64,000 nt of DNA. Source: an uncultured Nitrospinaceae bacterium. Lineage in GTDB: Bacteria > UBA8248. Made by a program: the position numbers and the translations under genes. Location: the NCBI GenBank assembly GCA_964005815.1, contig CAXFSR010000043.1, forward strand, positions 32,001 through 96,000, read 5' to 3'. Shown here piece by piece: positions 38,623 through 48,283 of this stretch. The notes beneath the pieces were generated by a model, which did no database searches, had not been told where the DNA came from, and saw nothing but the letters and a program-made list of their open reading frames with translations. Position 1 is the first letter of the stretch, and each line of letters starts with the position of its first letter.

Positions 38623-39804
38623 CTATCCAGTGAATTCTAAAATATGCATTCCACCACCATGACGATCGATTAGGTAAAGCCTTCCATCCTCATCACAACC
38701 AATATCATTTGACTGCACACAATCTTCACCAAAATTACATTCCGGAACAAAGTGTCCAACTTCCTCAGGATGAAAAGGATCAGAAAGATCCAATACTCTT
38801 AATCCAGCATTAAAATACGTCAAGAAAACCAAATTAGGCCAACGACCTTGAGAAGATAAATTCTCGATTATATTATGGGCTCCAAAACGTTTGCCTCTAT
38901 CAAAATATTTAGACCTATCCGGCATATAGGTAGAAATTGGAATCGGATTCGTCAAATCTCGAACATCCATAACCCACATAAACTGACTTTCCATGAAATT
39001 TTCCGCTGAACGTCCCTCGTCTGTAACAATCACATAATCCCTATCCTCAAAAGGCCAAACCGTATGAGTTGCACCTACAAAAGGAGGAGACCAAGAAAGA
39101 TTACTAATTAGTTTCGGACTAGACAAGTCAGTAACATCTGCTATAGCCATTCCACCTCCCCAAAAACCACAATACATCTCATTACCTTTTATTACTGGAG
39201 GACCATGACACGTGATTACTTTATTTATATCCTCTGACTGAACAAATTCTGGATGCTCCTCAATATTTTGTTGTGGCAATCCCCAAATACTAATCACATT
39301 CGGCTCCAAAGGATTTGAAATATCAAGAGTCCATATAACTCGCCCATTCCATCTATCAGCATCATTTGGAAAAAAAGCTCTCTTGTTTTTGTTATCTACT
39401 GCGAATCGATGAGGACCATCACCAGGCAAATCGTAAAAACCAACCTGCCTAGGATTGTCTCTTTCTGAAATATCAAAAATGAAAAATCCTGACCTCGCAT
39501 TTCTTCCTTCTTCATTATGGAGACGTTCTGAATTAACATAAAGATAATTACCATCAACTATTCGCACCTTATGATTATGCACTCCCGGTGGAGCCAAAAC
39601 CTCTGCAACTTTTTTTGGATTATATGGATCTCTAACATCATGAACTGTAAATCCTTCTGGACCATCAAATCCTGATGTTCCAATAGCTCCAACATAAGCA
39701 AAACCATCTATAATCTCCACCAAACTACCACCACCCCATCCGGCACTTGGATCATGACCAAGCAATTTGAAATTTTTTATTTCTGCTTCAACTGAACGGC
39801 TCAT
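38623..39804 (-). CDS. LVIVD-repeat beta-propeller protein
   Basis: Repeats VHDVRDPYNP, IFDISERDNP, TLDISNPLEP, IADVTDLSSP, VMDVRDLTNP, VLDLSDPFHP. Confidence 0.85.
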   Translation of the reverse strand: MSRSVEAEIKNFKLLGHDPSAGWGGGSLVEIIDGFAYVGAIGTSGFDGPEGFTVHDVRDPYNPKKVAEVLAPPGVHNHKVRIVDGNYLYVNSERLHNEEGRNARSGFFIFDISERDNPRQVGFYDLPGDGPHRFAVDNKNKRAFFPNDADRWNGRVIWTLDISNPLEPNVISIWGLPQQNIEEHPEFVQSEDINKVITCHGPPVIKGNEMYCGFWGGGMAIADVTDLSSPKLISNLSWSPPFVGATHTVWPFEDRDYVIVTDEGRSAENFMESQFMWVMDVRDLTNPIPISTYMPDRSKYFDRGKRFGAHNIIENLSSQGRWPNLVFLTYFNAGLRVLDLSDPFHPEEVGHFVPECNFGEDCVQSNDIGCDEDGRLYLIDRHGGGMHILEFTG

Positions 39805-39936
39805 AAAAATTCCTTTTCTAAAATTTTTAAAATTGACAATGAACCAACTCGTTAATAAAAAACATTTGCTGTTTCTATTCTTTTAATCTATCGTCTTATA
39901 TAGTTTTTATACCACATTTTATTCTAGTTATAGGTC

Positions 39937-41004
39937 ATGAAAAACAAAAAACTAAGTTCTCTACATAAAGAGTCAGGAGCAACCCTCGAAAACAAATTCG
40001 ACTGGGATATTCCTTGTCAATATTCAAACCCAACAGAAGAGCATTTAAAGTGTAGGCAAGACGCTATCCTTATAGATCTTTCACACTATGGAAAGATTGA
40101 ATTTAGAGGAAATGACGCATCTACATTCCTCCAAGGGATGATTAGCAATGACGTTCTAAATTTGGAGGATGGTGAAGGAAAGTATGGAACTTTCCTTACA
40201 AGACAAGGAAAAATCATCTCAGATCTATATCTCTATAAAAATAAAGAACATTTTCGTCTTTTACTGCCACCCGGAGAGAATTTAAATTTTATTGCCTCTA
40301 TAGAAAAATTTATCATTATGGAAGAAGTGGAAATTCATGATCATAGTGAATCACTTTCCATGTTCGGTGTCTTCGGACCAAAGGTTGAAGATTTCCTGCA
40401 AGATTTTTCCCCTTTACCAAAAGAACCTCATCAACATACCACACATGGAAATACACAGATCATTAAAGAATTATGGACAGGGGAAAAAGGATATTTATTG
40501 ATAACAAACAATGATGAAGCAATAGACCTATGGAAAAATTTAAGTTCTAAAGGTATTCAACCTTCTGGACTAAATGCCTTTGAATCTCTTACCCTCGAAT
40601 CCGGATTGCCCCTTTTTGGAACAGAATTAGGACCAGACATTAACCCTATGCAGGCTTTTATCGAAAATGAAGCCATAGATTTTGAAAAAGGATGCTACAT
40701 AGGACAAGAAGTAATTGCAAAAATTAAATATATTGGACAAGTAAACAAAGGTTTAATCGGTATCCAAATTCTAGGAGAGAAAATACCAAAACATCACAGC
40801 AAAATATTTTTTGAAGACCAAGAAGTAGGAGCTATCACTAGATGCAATTTTAGCCCATCTACCAATAAAATAATTGCTATGGGATACGTACAAAAAAAAG
40901 CAATGGATATAGGCACAGAAATAAATATTTTATCAGAAGACGAAAGTATTCAAGCGAAAGTTGTTGAAATCCCTTTTTTGAAAAATAAAGAAAATGAAAG
41001 ATAA
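39937..41004 (+). CDS. YgfZ/GcvT family folate-binding protein
   Basis: DLSHYGKI, FLQGMISND, signature KGCYIGQE. Confidence 0.88.
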   Translation: MKNKKLSSLHKESGATLENKFDWDIPCQYSNPTEEHLKCRQDAILIDLSHYGKIEFRGNDASTFLQGMISNDVLNLEDGEGKYGTFLTRQGKIISDLYLYKNKEHFRLLLPPGENLNFIASIEKFIIMEEVEIHDHSESLSMFGVFGPKVEDFLQDFSPLPKEPHQHTTHGNTQIIKELWTGEKGYLLITNNDEAIDLWKNLSSKGIQPSGLNAFESLTLESGLPLFGTELGPDINPMQAFIENEAIDFEKGCYIGQEVIAKIKYIGQVNKGLIGIQILGEKIPKHHSKIFFEDQEVGAITRCNFSPSTNKIIAMGYVQKKAMDIGTEINILSEDESIQAKVVEIPFLKNKENER

Positions 41005-41389
41005 TAAATTTTACACTCTCAAAGAAGCACGTTCCTTGATTTCTGAACTTCGACCAAAACTTCAAAATCTGTCTCGTATTTGGGAAGAGCTTGCTCCTTA
41101 TTCAGACCAGTTTGAGGAGTTAAAAAGGAACGCAGATAAAGGCGGAGGAACCCTCGGAGACTTGAAACATTATTACTCTTACATTCTGCAATTAAACGAT
41201 ACCGTCAATTACCTAAAGAAAATGAACATAGAACTCAAAGATATTTCAAAAGGATTAATTGATTTTCCCTCCCTAAGAGATGGCAGAGTAGTCTTTCTAT
41301 GCTGGAAGATGGATGAAGAAACAATTACTCATTGGCATGAAGTAAAGGACGGATTTTCTGGAAGAAAAGAATGTGAAGAAGAGGAATAA
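40994..41389 (+). CDS. DUF2203 domain protein
   Basis: YTLKEAR, KD...GLIDFP...GRVVFLCWK..E..I.HWH....GFSGRK. Confidence 0.85.
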   Translation: MKDNKFYTLKEARSLISELRPKLQNLSRIWEELAPYSDQFEELKRNADKGGGTLGDLKHYYSYILQLNDTVNYLKKMNIELKDISKGLIDFPSLRDGRVVFLCWKMDEETITHWHEVKDGFSGRKECEEEE

Positions 41390-41458
41390 CAATAAACGCA
41401 AAAAGAGTCTTAAAGTAGGTAATAAATATATGACCAATATTTTTTTTACCTAGACCTA

Positions 41459-41487
41459 TTGCAACACTGATTATCTAACGGTAGATT
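41459..41487 (+). promoter_or_regulatory. Candidate sigma70 promoter for pckA
   Basis: TTGCAA, 17-nt spacer, TAGATT. Confidence 0.4.
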
Positions 41488-41538
41488 TCTATATAGCCTT
41501 TTGGCTGTATTTGAACCGCCGAAAGTATGGAGATGTAA

Positions 41539-43167
41539 ATGAAGAAACCCTCAAAGGGGCTAGATTCAGAAGCAGAGAGCAATCGATACCTTTTCGAAGC
41601 ATGTGGCCTCAAAAAAATTGGGGTTAACAAATCAAAAAGAATTCACTACAATCTTCCGATTTCACAATTGACAGAGATGTCTATTAATAGAAAAGAGAGT
41701 TTTCTTGCTAACAATGGAGCATTAGTTGTTAACACTGGAAAATTCACGGGAAGATCCCCAAAAGACAAATTCACTGTTAATCAAAACCCTTCGAATAAAA
41801 ACATTTGGTGGGGAGAAATAAATCAGAAATTGTCCCCAAAAAATTGGAACATAATAAAAAAGAAAGTTGCAAACTATTTGAACAACAAAGAAATTTTTAT
41901 TTTTGATGGATATGTAGGAAACGACAAAAAACACAGAATCCCTGTAAGAGTAATTTCAGAATTTGCCTGGCATTCCTTATTTTGCCGGACACTACTTGTT
42001 AGACCACCAATCAAAAACTTCAAGCCTCACAAAAATCCATTTACAGTCGTAGATGTTGGGAAATTTTTGGGATGCGGAAAAAAGGAAGGGCTACGTCAAA
42101 ATAATTTCACGGTAGTAAATTTCGAGAAGAATATGGCCCTAATAGGAGGCTCCGAGTACGCAGGAGAAATGAAAAAATCCGCCTTCTATATTATGAATTA
42201 TTTGTTGCCTCAAAAGAATATTTTTCCTATGCACTGCTCTGCAAATATGGGAGAAAAGAACGACACCTCTCTATTCTTTGGGCTATCCGGTACAGGAAAA
42301 ACAACTTTATCTTCAGATGTTGAGAGAAGATTAATCGGAGATGATGAACATGGTTGGTCAAATACAGGAATTTTCAACTTCGAAGGTGGTTGTTATGCGA
42401 AAACAATTAATCTAAGAAGGAAAAACGAACCTCAAATATGGGATGCTATTCGTTTCGGTTCAGTTTTAGAAAATGTTATTGTAAATTCAAAAACAAGAGA
42501 TATCGATTATGATGATGACAGCATTACTGAAAATACTAGAGCTACGTATCCAACTCATTTCATAGAGAATTGTGTGCTTTCCGGAAATGCCTCACATCCC
42601 AAAAATATATTTTTTCTTACCTGTGACTCGTTCGGCGTAATTCCACCAATCAGCAAACTAAATACGAATCAGGCCGTTTATCATTTCCTTTCGGGATATA
42701 CTGCAAAGGTTGCTGGCACAGAAGCTGGTGTAAATGATCCAGAAGCTACGTTTAGCACATGCTTTGGAGCTCCTTTTTTACCACTACATCCTAATGAATA
42801 CGGAAAAATGTTAGAAAACAAAATCAAAAAACACCGAACAAAAATATGGCTTATTAACACAGGTTGGATAGGAGGTTCTGCTGGTACTGTAGATAGAATT
42901 CAATTGAAATATACTAGGGCCATGATAAAAGCAGCTCTATCAGGAAAACTTAATAAAACAACCACTAAAAAAACGCCTTTCTTCGGATTGGAGTTTCCTG
43001 TAAAATGTGATGGTGTTCCTGCAAGTTTATTAGACCCGAAAAAGAGTTGGAAATCAGAAGCGGAATATATCAAGAAAGCTACTGAATTGGCATCTGCTTT
43101 TCGAGAAAATTTCAAGGCGTTTGAAGATAAAGTTGAGTCCAAAATAAGAAAAGCCGGACCTAAATAA
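41539..43167 (+). CDS. pckA: Phosphoenolpyruvate carboxykinase (ATP)
   Basis: TGRSPKDK, YAGEMKKS, MHCSAN, FFGLSGTGKTTLS, LIGDDEHGW, NFEGGCYAK, TENTR. Confidence 0.97.
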   Translation: MKKPSKGLDSEAESNRYLFEACGLKKIGVNKSKRIHYNLPISQLTEMSINRKESFLANNGALVVNTGKFTGRSPKDKFTVNQNPSNKNIWWGEINQKLSPKNWNIIKKKVANYLNNKEIFIFDGYVGNDKKHRIPVRVISEFAWHSLFCRTLLVRPPIKNFKPHKNPFTVVDVGKFLGCGKKEGLRQNNFTVVNFEKNMALIGGSEYAGEMKKSAFYIMNYLLPQKNIFPMHCSANMGEKNDTSLFFGLSGTGKTTLSSDVERRLIGDDEHGWSNTGIFNFEGGCYAKTINLRRKNEPQIWDAIRFGSVLENVIVNSKTRDIDYDDDSITENTRATYPTHFIENCVLSGNASHPKNIFFLTCDSFGVIPPISKLNTNQAVYHFLSGYTAKVAGTEAGVNDPEATFSTCFGAPFLPLHPNEYGKMLENKIKKHRTKIWLINTGWIGGSAGTVDRIQLKYTRAMIKAALSGKLNKTTTKKTPFFGLEFPVKCDGVPASLLDPKKSWKSEAEYIKKATELASAFRENFKAFEDKVESKIRKAGPK

Positions 43168-43202
43168 ATTACTTTTTCAGTTATGACATTGGAGGATCTA
43201 AA

Positions 43203-43391
43203 ATGCCCATCGTACAAGTTAGTTTGCTAGCTGGACGAACCGAAGAACAAAAAAAAGCTATGGCTGAAGAAATCACTGAAACTGTCAACAAACATTCTGG
43301 CGCACCTAAAGAGGTTATTACAGTTACTTTTTCAGATATAGAACGTGATTCCTGGGCTGCTGGCGGAATTCTTTATTCAGAAAAAAACTAA
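43203..43391 (+). CDS. 4-oxalocrotonate tautomerase family protein
   Basis: Catalytic Pro after Met, GRTEEQK, W..GG; 62 aa; GGAGG RBS. Confidence 0.9.
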   Translation: MPIVQVSLLAGRTEEQKKAMAEEITETVNKHSGAPKEVITVTFSDIERDSWAAGGILYSEKN

Positions 43392-43412
43392 TCTTTCATA
43401 GAGGATATTACT

Positions 43413-44264
43413 ATGAGCACTTTTCGTCTTGCAGTAGTTCAACCAATGACTCATATGCCACCGGATGATGAAAAAAATGTTGCTGATGCCGTAAAATATG
43501 TAGAGGATGCCGCTGCTGGAGGAGCAGAATTTGTCGCTTTTCCTGAATCATATCCGGGTCCTTTTAGAATGCCAGCTACATTTGATCCAACTGAAGCTAT
43601 GAACGAAGTGGCTAATAGATGTGGGGTATATGTTCAATACGGAACCTTAGAACCTTTAGATAACGAGAAAGGTTCGGCACATAATCTTTTGAATTTAGCT
43701 CGCCCAAATGGAGGAACTCCTGGCACATATCGAAGAACCCATCCTCCAGGTCCTTGGATTTACAGAGGAGGTGAAGTCTGGGATTTTGATTATGTAGCAG
43801 GTAATGAGTACCCTACTTTTGAAACTCCACATGGACAGGTTGGTCTTGCAATGTGCAGCGAAGTCTATATGCCTGAAGTTTCTAGAACTCTTGCACTTCG
43901 GGGAGCTGAGATCATCTTTCTTCCTGCAGGAGTAGATAAAAGAAAATTATGGGCTACATGGAGAAATTTACTTTGGGCTAGAGCAACAGAGAATCTTGCT
44001 GTCGTAATTTCCACACAAAATTTAATGAATAAAGAACAAAGAGGCATGGCTCTTGTTGCTACTCCTGAAGAGATTATTTTTGAAAGCACACAATCTGGAA
44101 TGTTCCTTGTTGATGTAGATCTTGGACGAATTCGTGAACTTAGAGAGCAAAAAGACGAACCAACTTCTTCAAGAAATAATGCAGCTAAAGCAGGTGTACT
44201 GTCTCAATGGCAAAGACCTGAACTCTATGATGAATTTTTCAGACAAGAAAAAACAGAATCCTAA
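43413..44264 (+). CDS. Carbon-nitrogen hydrolase (nitrilase superfamily) protein
   Basis: AVVQ, FPE, YRRTH, MCSEVYMPE..R.LALRGAEII, ARATEN. Confidence 0.88.
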   Translation: MSTFRLAVVQPMTHMPPDDEKNVADAVKYVEDAAAGGAEFVAFPESYPGPFRMPATFDPTEAMNEVANRCGVYVQYGTLEPLDNEKGSAHNLLNLARPNGGTPGTYRRTHPPGPWIYRGGEVWDFDYVAGNEYPTFETPHGQVGLAMCSEVYMPEVSRTLALRGAEIIFLPAGVDKRKLWATWRNLLWARATENLAVVISTQNLMNKEQRGMALVATPEEIIFESTQSGMFLVDVDLGRIRELREQKDEPTSSRNNAAKAGVLSQWQRPELYDEFFRQEKTES

Positions 44265-44308
44265 TGAAATAGGATTTTGTAAATAATTAACTACTAATTC
44301 GGATTTTT

Positions 44309-44812
44309 ATGTCTAGTTCTTACTTTTGGTTACTTTATGTTCACATTATAGCTTCATCACTTCTAGTAGGATCTATGCTCTTTTTCTCAATCTTGTTTAG
44401 AAATATAAAAAACAGACTCAGCAAAGAAGAATTTGCTGGTGAAATCGTTTCCATACTTCGTTTTTATCATCCGTTTATTTTGCTATGTATGGGAACTTTG
44501 ATTATGACTGGAGCCTGGTATCTTACTGGATTAAAAATATCTATGGGTCCATCATTCTCAAAATTATTTGTTCCATTAGGATCCAAACTTCTTTCTGTTT
44601 TTCTTCTCATTATGGGCATGTGTTTTCAGTTCTTTGCTATTGGCCTGAGACTTACTAGAGGAATTGGACCAGCAGGCAATGGTCAGACTATAAGTTCAAC
44701 TACAGATGAGAGATTAAAACTTCTAAACACATTAGAAAATGTTAACGCCGTAAATGTGGTTATAGGGATGGCCACTATTTTCTTAGGCCTAGGACTTACT
44801 AAAGGTTTCTAA
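44309..44812 (+). CDS. Hypothetical 4-TM membrane protein (CopD/DUF4149-like)
   Basis: LYVHIIA...GSMLF, LIMTG, KL pattern of CopD-like proteins. Confidence 0.55.
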   Translation: MSSSYFWLLYVHIIASSLLVGSMLFFSILFRNIKNRLSKEEFAGEIVSILRFYHPFILLCMGTLIMTGAWYLTGLKISMGPSFSKLFVPLGSKLLSVFLLIMGMCFQFFAIGLRLTRGIGPAGNGQTISSTTDERLKLLNTLENVNAVNVVIGMATIFLGLGLTKGF

Positions 44813-45523
44813 CTAAGAAGGAAAAATTCTCTCTGCTACCAAGGGAGAACCTGGTGGATGTAGCAAATAAGAATGAACGTGTTTTGTCCATTCTGTCTCT
44901 TCTAGAGAAACATAATTTTCTTCCCTACTTTCAAAAGAAACAAACTCGTATATTACAGAATGTCTGGGACTTCCATTTGTAACAATCATTTTTCTTGCTC
45001 CTATACAACCAGAAGCATTAGAAACACCTAACATTCTTTCCTGAGCATACCATTCCTGTAAATCATCATCATTTTCTCTTGCGTCGTATCGTCCCATCTG
45101 AATTAGGCGAGATGGAACTGTTCCTACTTCTCTCTTATCGGACTCTGGGCCATTAATACGCCATTCTTCCGTGAGAATCACATCTTTCACATTATCTCTT
45201 TCATCTAATATTTGACTGTCTTCGATTTCTAAATTTTCATAGATCATTCTAGGACTTGGATCATAGAATGATCTAGTAGTTTCAGCTCCAAGCATTAAAA
45301 TAAAATCACTTCCAGAAGCTCTTGCTGCATCCTCGTCTTTGTGGAGTCTATTCAGAATTTTTTCGAATCTCTGTCCAGGATGAACAGACTGATACATTGC
45401 GATCCAATTAGGTTCGATCAAGTCCTGTAAAATCGGAAAGTATTTTTCTTTCGCCCATTCCAAAAAAAACTCTCTCTTAGAGACATCTAGATCAAAATAA
45501 GTTGCCCATATGGCATTATCCAA
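44813..45523 (-). CDS. Hypothetical protein, probably a tandem dimeric alpha-beta barrel (EthD/DUF4286-like)
   Basis: Two similar halves (FLEWAKEKYFP; LQEWYAQERM..V...GCIGAR); GGAG RBS. Confidence 0.5.
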   Translation of the reverse strand: MDNAIWATYFDLDVSKREFFLEWAKEKYFPILQDLIEPNWIAMYQSVHPGQRFEKILNRLHKDEDAARASGSDFILMLGAETTRSFYDPSPRMIYENLEIEDSQILDERDNVKDVILTEEWRINGPESDKREVGTVPSRLIQMGRYDARENDDDLQEWYAQERMLGVSNASGCIGARKMIVTNGSPRHSVIYEFVSFESREENYVSLEETEWTKHVHSYLLHPPGSPLVAERIFPS

Positions 45524-45608
45524 AATTTAGCTCCTTATATTTTATATGCATTAAGATATCACAAAAATCATGTTAAGATAATTTATCAATTTTATTTTTG
45601 AGGAAAAA

Positions 45609-46238
45609 ATGATCTACGAAATAAGAACATACACAATGACAATTGGCGATTCTGAGGAAGCTGTTGAAGATTTTGGAAAAATAATGGAAGAAAGAAAAAA
45701 GATTTCAAGGCTAATAGGTTTCTTTCATACAGTTGTGGGGGATCTAAATAGGGTTTTACACATATGGGAATATGAAAATTCTGCTCACAGAGAAGAAGTG
45801 CGCACCAATACATTAAGCCAATCTTGGTGGCCACCCTTAAAAGCAGAAAAAATCATATATCAAACAACAAGGTTAATGAGACCTTCTCCATTCTTACCAG
45901 AACCTAGAACTGGAGATATGGGAAATATATATCTTATTTTTAGTGATTATTTCCAAACCGGAAAACTACCGGAACTTAACAGGCACTGGTCCAATCATCT
46001 TGCCAAAAGAGAGGAAATCTCTACTCTAGCTGGTGCTTTTTCTAATGCCGCAGGAGAATTCGAACAAGGCGTTTTAAACGAATTTATTCATATATGGCCG
46101 TTCAAGGACGCCAATCATATGATGGATACTCTTTCAGAAGAAAATACAATTCCTGGATGGAAAGATGGACAAAAAGCCTATCTACGTTCACAGTCTTCAA
46201 ACATTTGGCACCCTGCAGAATATTCTCCAATGCATTAG
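45609..46238 (+). CDS. NIPSNAP family protein (two domains)
   Basis: IYEIRTY, GDLNRVLHIWEY, GVLNEFIHIWPF, P..YSPM. Confidence 0.88.
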   Translation: MIYEIRTYTMTIGDSEEAVEDFGKIMEERKKISRLIGFFHTVVGDLNRVLHIWEYENSAHREEVRTNTLSQSWWPPLKAEKIIYQTTRLMRPSPFLPEPRTGDMGNIYLIFSDYFQTGKLPELNRHWSNHLAKREEISTLAGAFSNAAGEFEQGVLNEFIHIWPFKDANHMMDTLSEENTIPGWKDGQKAYLRSQSSNIWHPAEYSPMH

Positions 46239-46245
46239 AGAAAAA

Positions 46246-48240
46246 TCACATATCCATTTCAATTGCAGGATCTCCTGATTTTCCTAGATAGAAATCTCCT
46301 GAATCGGCTTCAAATCTGAAGGATATTTCCTCTAGTACTTTTTCATTACCAGCGATCGTATAAATATCTCCCTCTTCAAGATGGAGATCTCCATGGACAT
46401 TCAATGCTTTTCCATCACGATGGACAGAAATAACAAGTACTTCGTTTGGCAATTTCAATTCCTCAATTGACTTACGAAACAAATCTGAATTTCTTACTTC
46501 CAAATCAAGAATATCCTGATCTTCCTCCATACCCAGAAGTAATGAAACCGCAGAAGGTGACCTTACAAAATGATCTAGCAAACTGATCATTGCAGTTGAA
46601 GGAGAAACGACAGATGCACCAAGAACTCTGTATTCATCATAGTTTGAACGATCATTGAGTCTTACTACAAGATGAGCAAGTTCGAAATTTTCATTAGACA
46701 TCTTGCAGATCTCTAAATTCTTTTCATCTGAAAGCATTCCTATAATAGCCCCTGCTCCCCCTGCACCCATAAAACGAAGTTCCTTTGCCGAAAATTCCTC
46801 AATCTTATGAAATTCCACTCCTATTTCAGACAAAGTTTCTGATTTAAAGTCAGAGATTGTCGCCATTTTCACTTGCCAGTGATGCAAACGCAACTGCCTT
46901 GCTAACGCTTGCGCCTGCCCATCTTCTCCAAAAATTATCGCCGTGTGTACAATTCCCATCTCTGTTTTTTCGGGAAGAGGAAACGCTTCTTTCATCAGTC
47001 TTATCGAAAATTTAAAAAAGGAAGGTCCTACAATCTGATTAAGCACAATGATTCCAATCATCAAAGTAGCAAATTCTTGTCCCCAACCTGGAAAAGCAAC
47101 AGCTACTTCAGTTGCTAATCCCATCCCAATACCTGCTTGAGTTATATACGCCATCCAACTCAAACGACTTTGTTTAACAGGATCACCGGCAATCATTCCT
47201 CCAGAAAATGATCCAACAAAAATTGCGGCAATTCTTATCACAAACAAGGCCAACGCAATTGGCCATACAATAAACAAAGTTGACAATTTCAGTGAAGCAC
47301 CTACTAGCGTAAAAAACATAAGATAAACTGCGGGACCTACTTCATTGAGCATCCTTGAAAATTCATCTCTGTACTGACTTCTGTTGGTTACCCACAGACC
47401 AGCTACCATACAAATCAGTAAGGGTTCAAGAAGAAGTTCAAATGAGAAATTTTCTGCAGTCTTATGTCTTACTAGATCAGAAAAAAAGAAGACTGAATAC
47501 CCTACAAATAACATCAAGAAAATTTTGTAGCGCAAATCAAATTTTTGTGACGCTATGAATCCTAAAATTCTTGCAACACAGTATCCTAAAAACAGAGAAA
47601 TACTTAGTTCTACAATCAACAATGCAATAAAACCAAAATTCATGCCAATATTCGTGAGAAGAGCATCCGCAATCGAAGAATTCACTGCAAATAAAATAAT
47701 AACAACACTATCCATAACAACCGTTACACCCAGAGCAGTCTGAACAAACGGACCTTTAGCTCTTAGTTCTTTTATTACTGCAATTGCAGAAGAAGGGGAA
47801 CGAGCAACAAGTATAGATCCACCCAAAATGGATATTGCAATTCTTCCTTCTAAGGGAACTCCTTTGACAAAGGGTATGTAATCTGACAATAAAAAGAAAC
47901 TTGAACTACCTAGAACAAAGGTACCTACAACAAGGCCTACTGTCGTCCATTTTATACTATTCAACCTTGAATCTAATTCTTTAAGATACAACTCTCCCCC
48001 AGCAGCAAATGCTATAAATGCAAGGGCTACTTGATCTAGAAATCTTAAAGACTTTATGGAAGAAAACGTGATGAAATTTAAAACAAAAGGACCACACAAA
48101 ATTCCAACAAACAGAAATCCCGTAATAAGCGGCAACTTCACTTTAACAAACAGTGTGCTTATCTGTCTCGCTGCAAGTGCAACTATCACCAAAGAAATTG
48201 TCGAAAGAAATATGCTTTTCGACAAAGAAATCACTTCCAT
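46246..48240 (-). CDS. Cation:proton antiporter with C-terminal RCK (TrkA-N/TrkA-C) domains
   Basis: About 13 TM with GIL.GP, AFAAGGEL, ARSPSSAIAV, D, QAG; soluble Rossmann-like and TrkA-C-like tail. Confidence 0.85.
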   Translation of the reverse strand: MEVISLSKSIFLSTISLVIVALAARQISTLFVKVKLPLITGFLFVGILCGPFVLNFITFSSIKSLRFLDQVALAFIAFAAGGELYLKELDSRLNSIKWTTVGLVVGTFVLGSSSFFLLSDYIPFVKGVPLEGRIAISILGGSILVARSPSSAIAVIKELRAKGPFVQTALGVTVVMDSVVIILFAVNSSIADALLTNIGMNFGFIALLIVELSISLFLGYCVARILGFIASQKFDLRYKIFLMLFVGYSVFFFSDLVRHKTAENFSFELLLEPLLICMVAGLWVTNRSQYRDEFSRMLNEVGPAVYLMFFTLVGASLKLSTLFIVWPIALALFVIRIAAIFVGSFSGGMIAGDPVKQSRLSWMAYITQAGIGMGLATEVAVAFPGWGQEFATLMIGIIVLNQIVGPSFFKFSIRLMKEAFPLPEKTEMGIVHTAIIFGEDGQAQALARQLRLHHWQVKMATISDFKSETLSEIGVEFHKIEEFSAKELRFMGAGGAGAIIGMLSDEKNLEICKMSNENFELAHLVVRLNDRSNYDEYRVLGASVVSPSTAMISLLDHFVRSPSAVSLLLGMEEDQDILDLEVRNSDLFRKSIEELKLPNEVLVISVHRDGKALNVHGDLHLEEGDIYTIAGNEKVLEEISFRFEADSGDFYLGKSGDPAIEMDM

Positions 48241-48283
48241 ACTAAAACAATCCTTCTAAATCAATTAAAATCAAACTATACAA

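Noticed and set aside
39937..41004. Annotation as glycine cleavage T protein gcvT
   Set aside because: KGCYIGQE is the YgfZ-type signature and no gcvH/gcvP genes are adjacent
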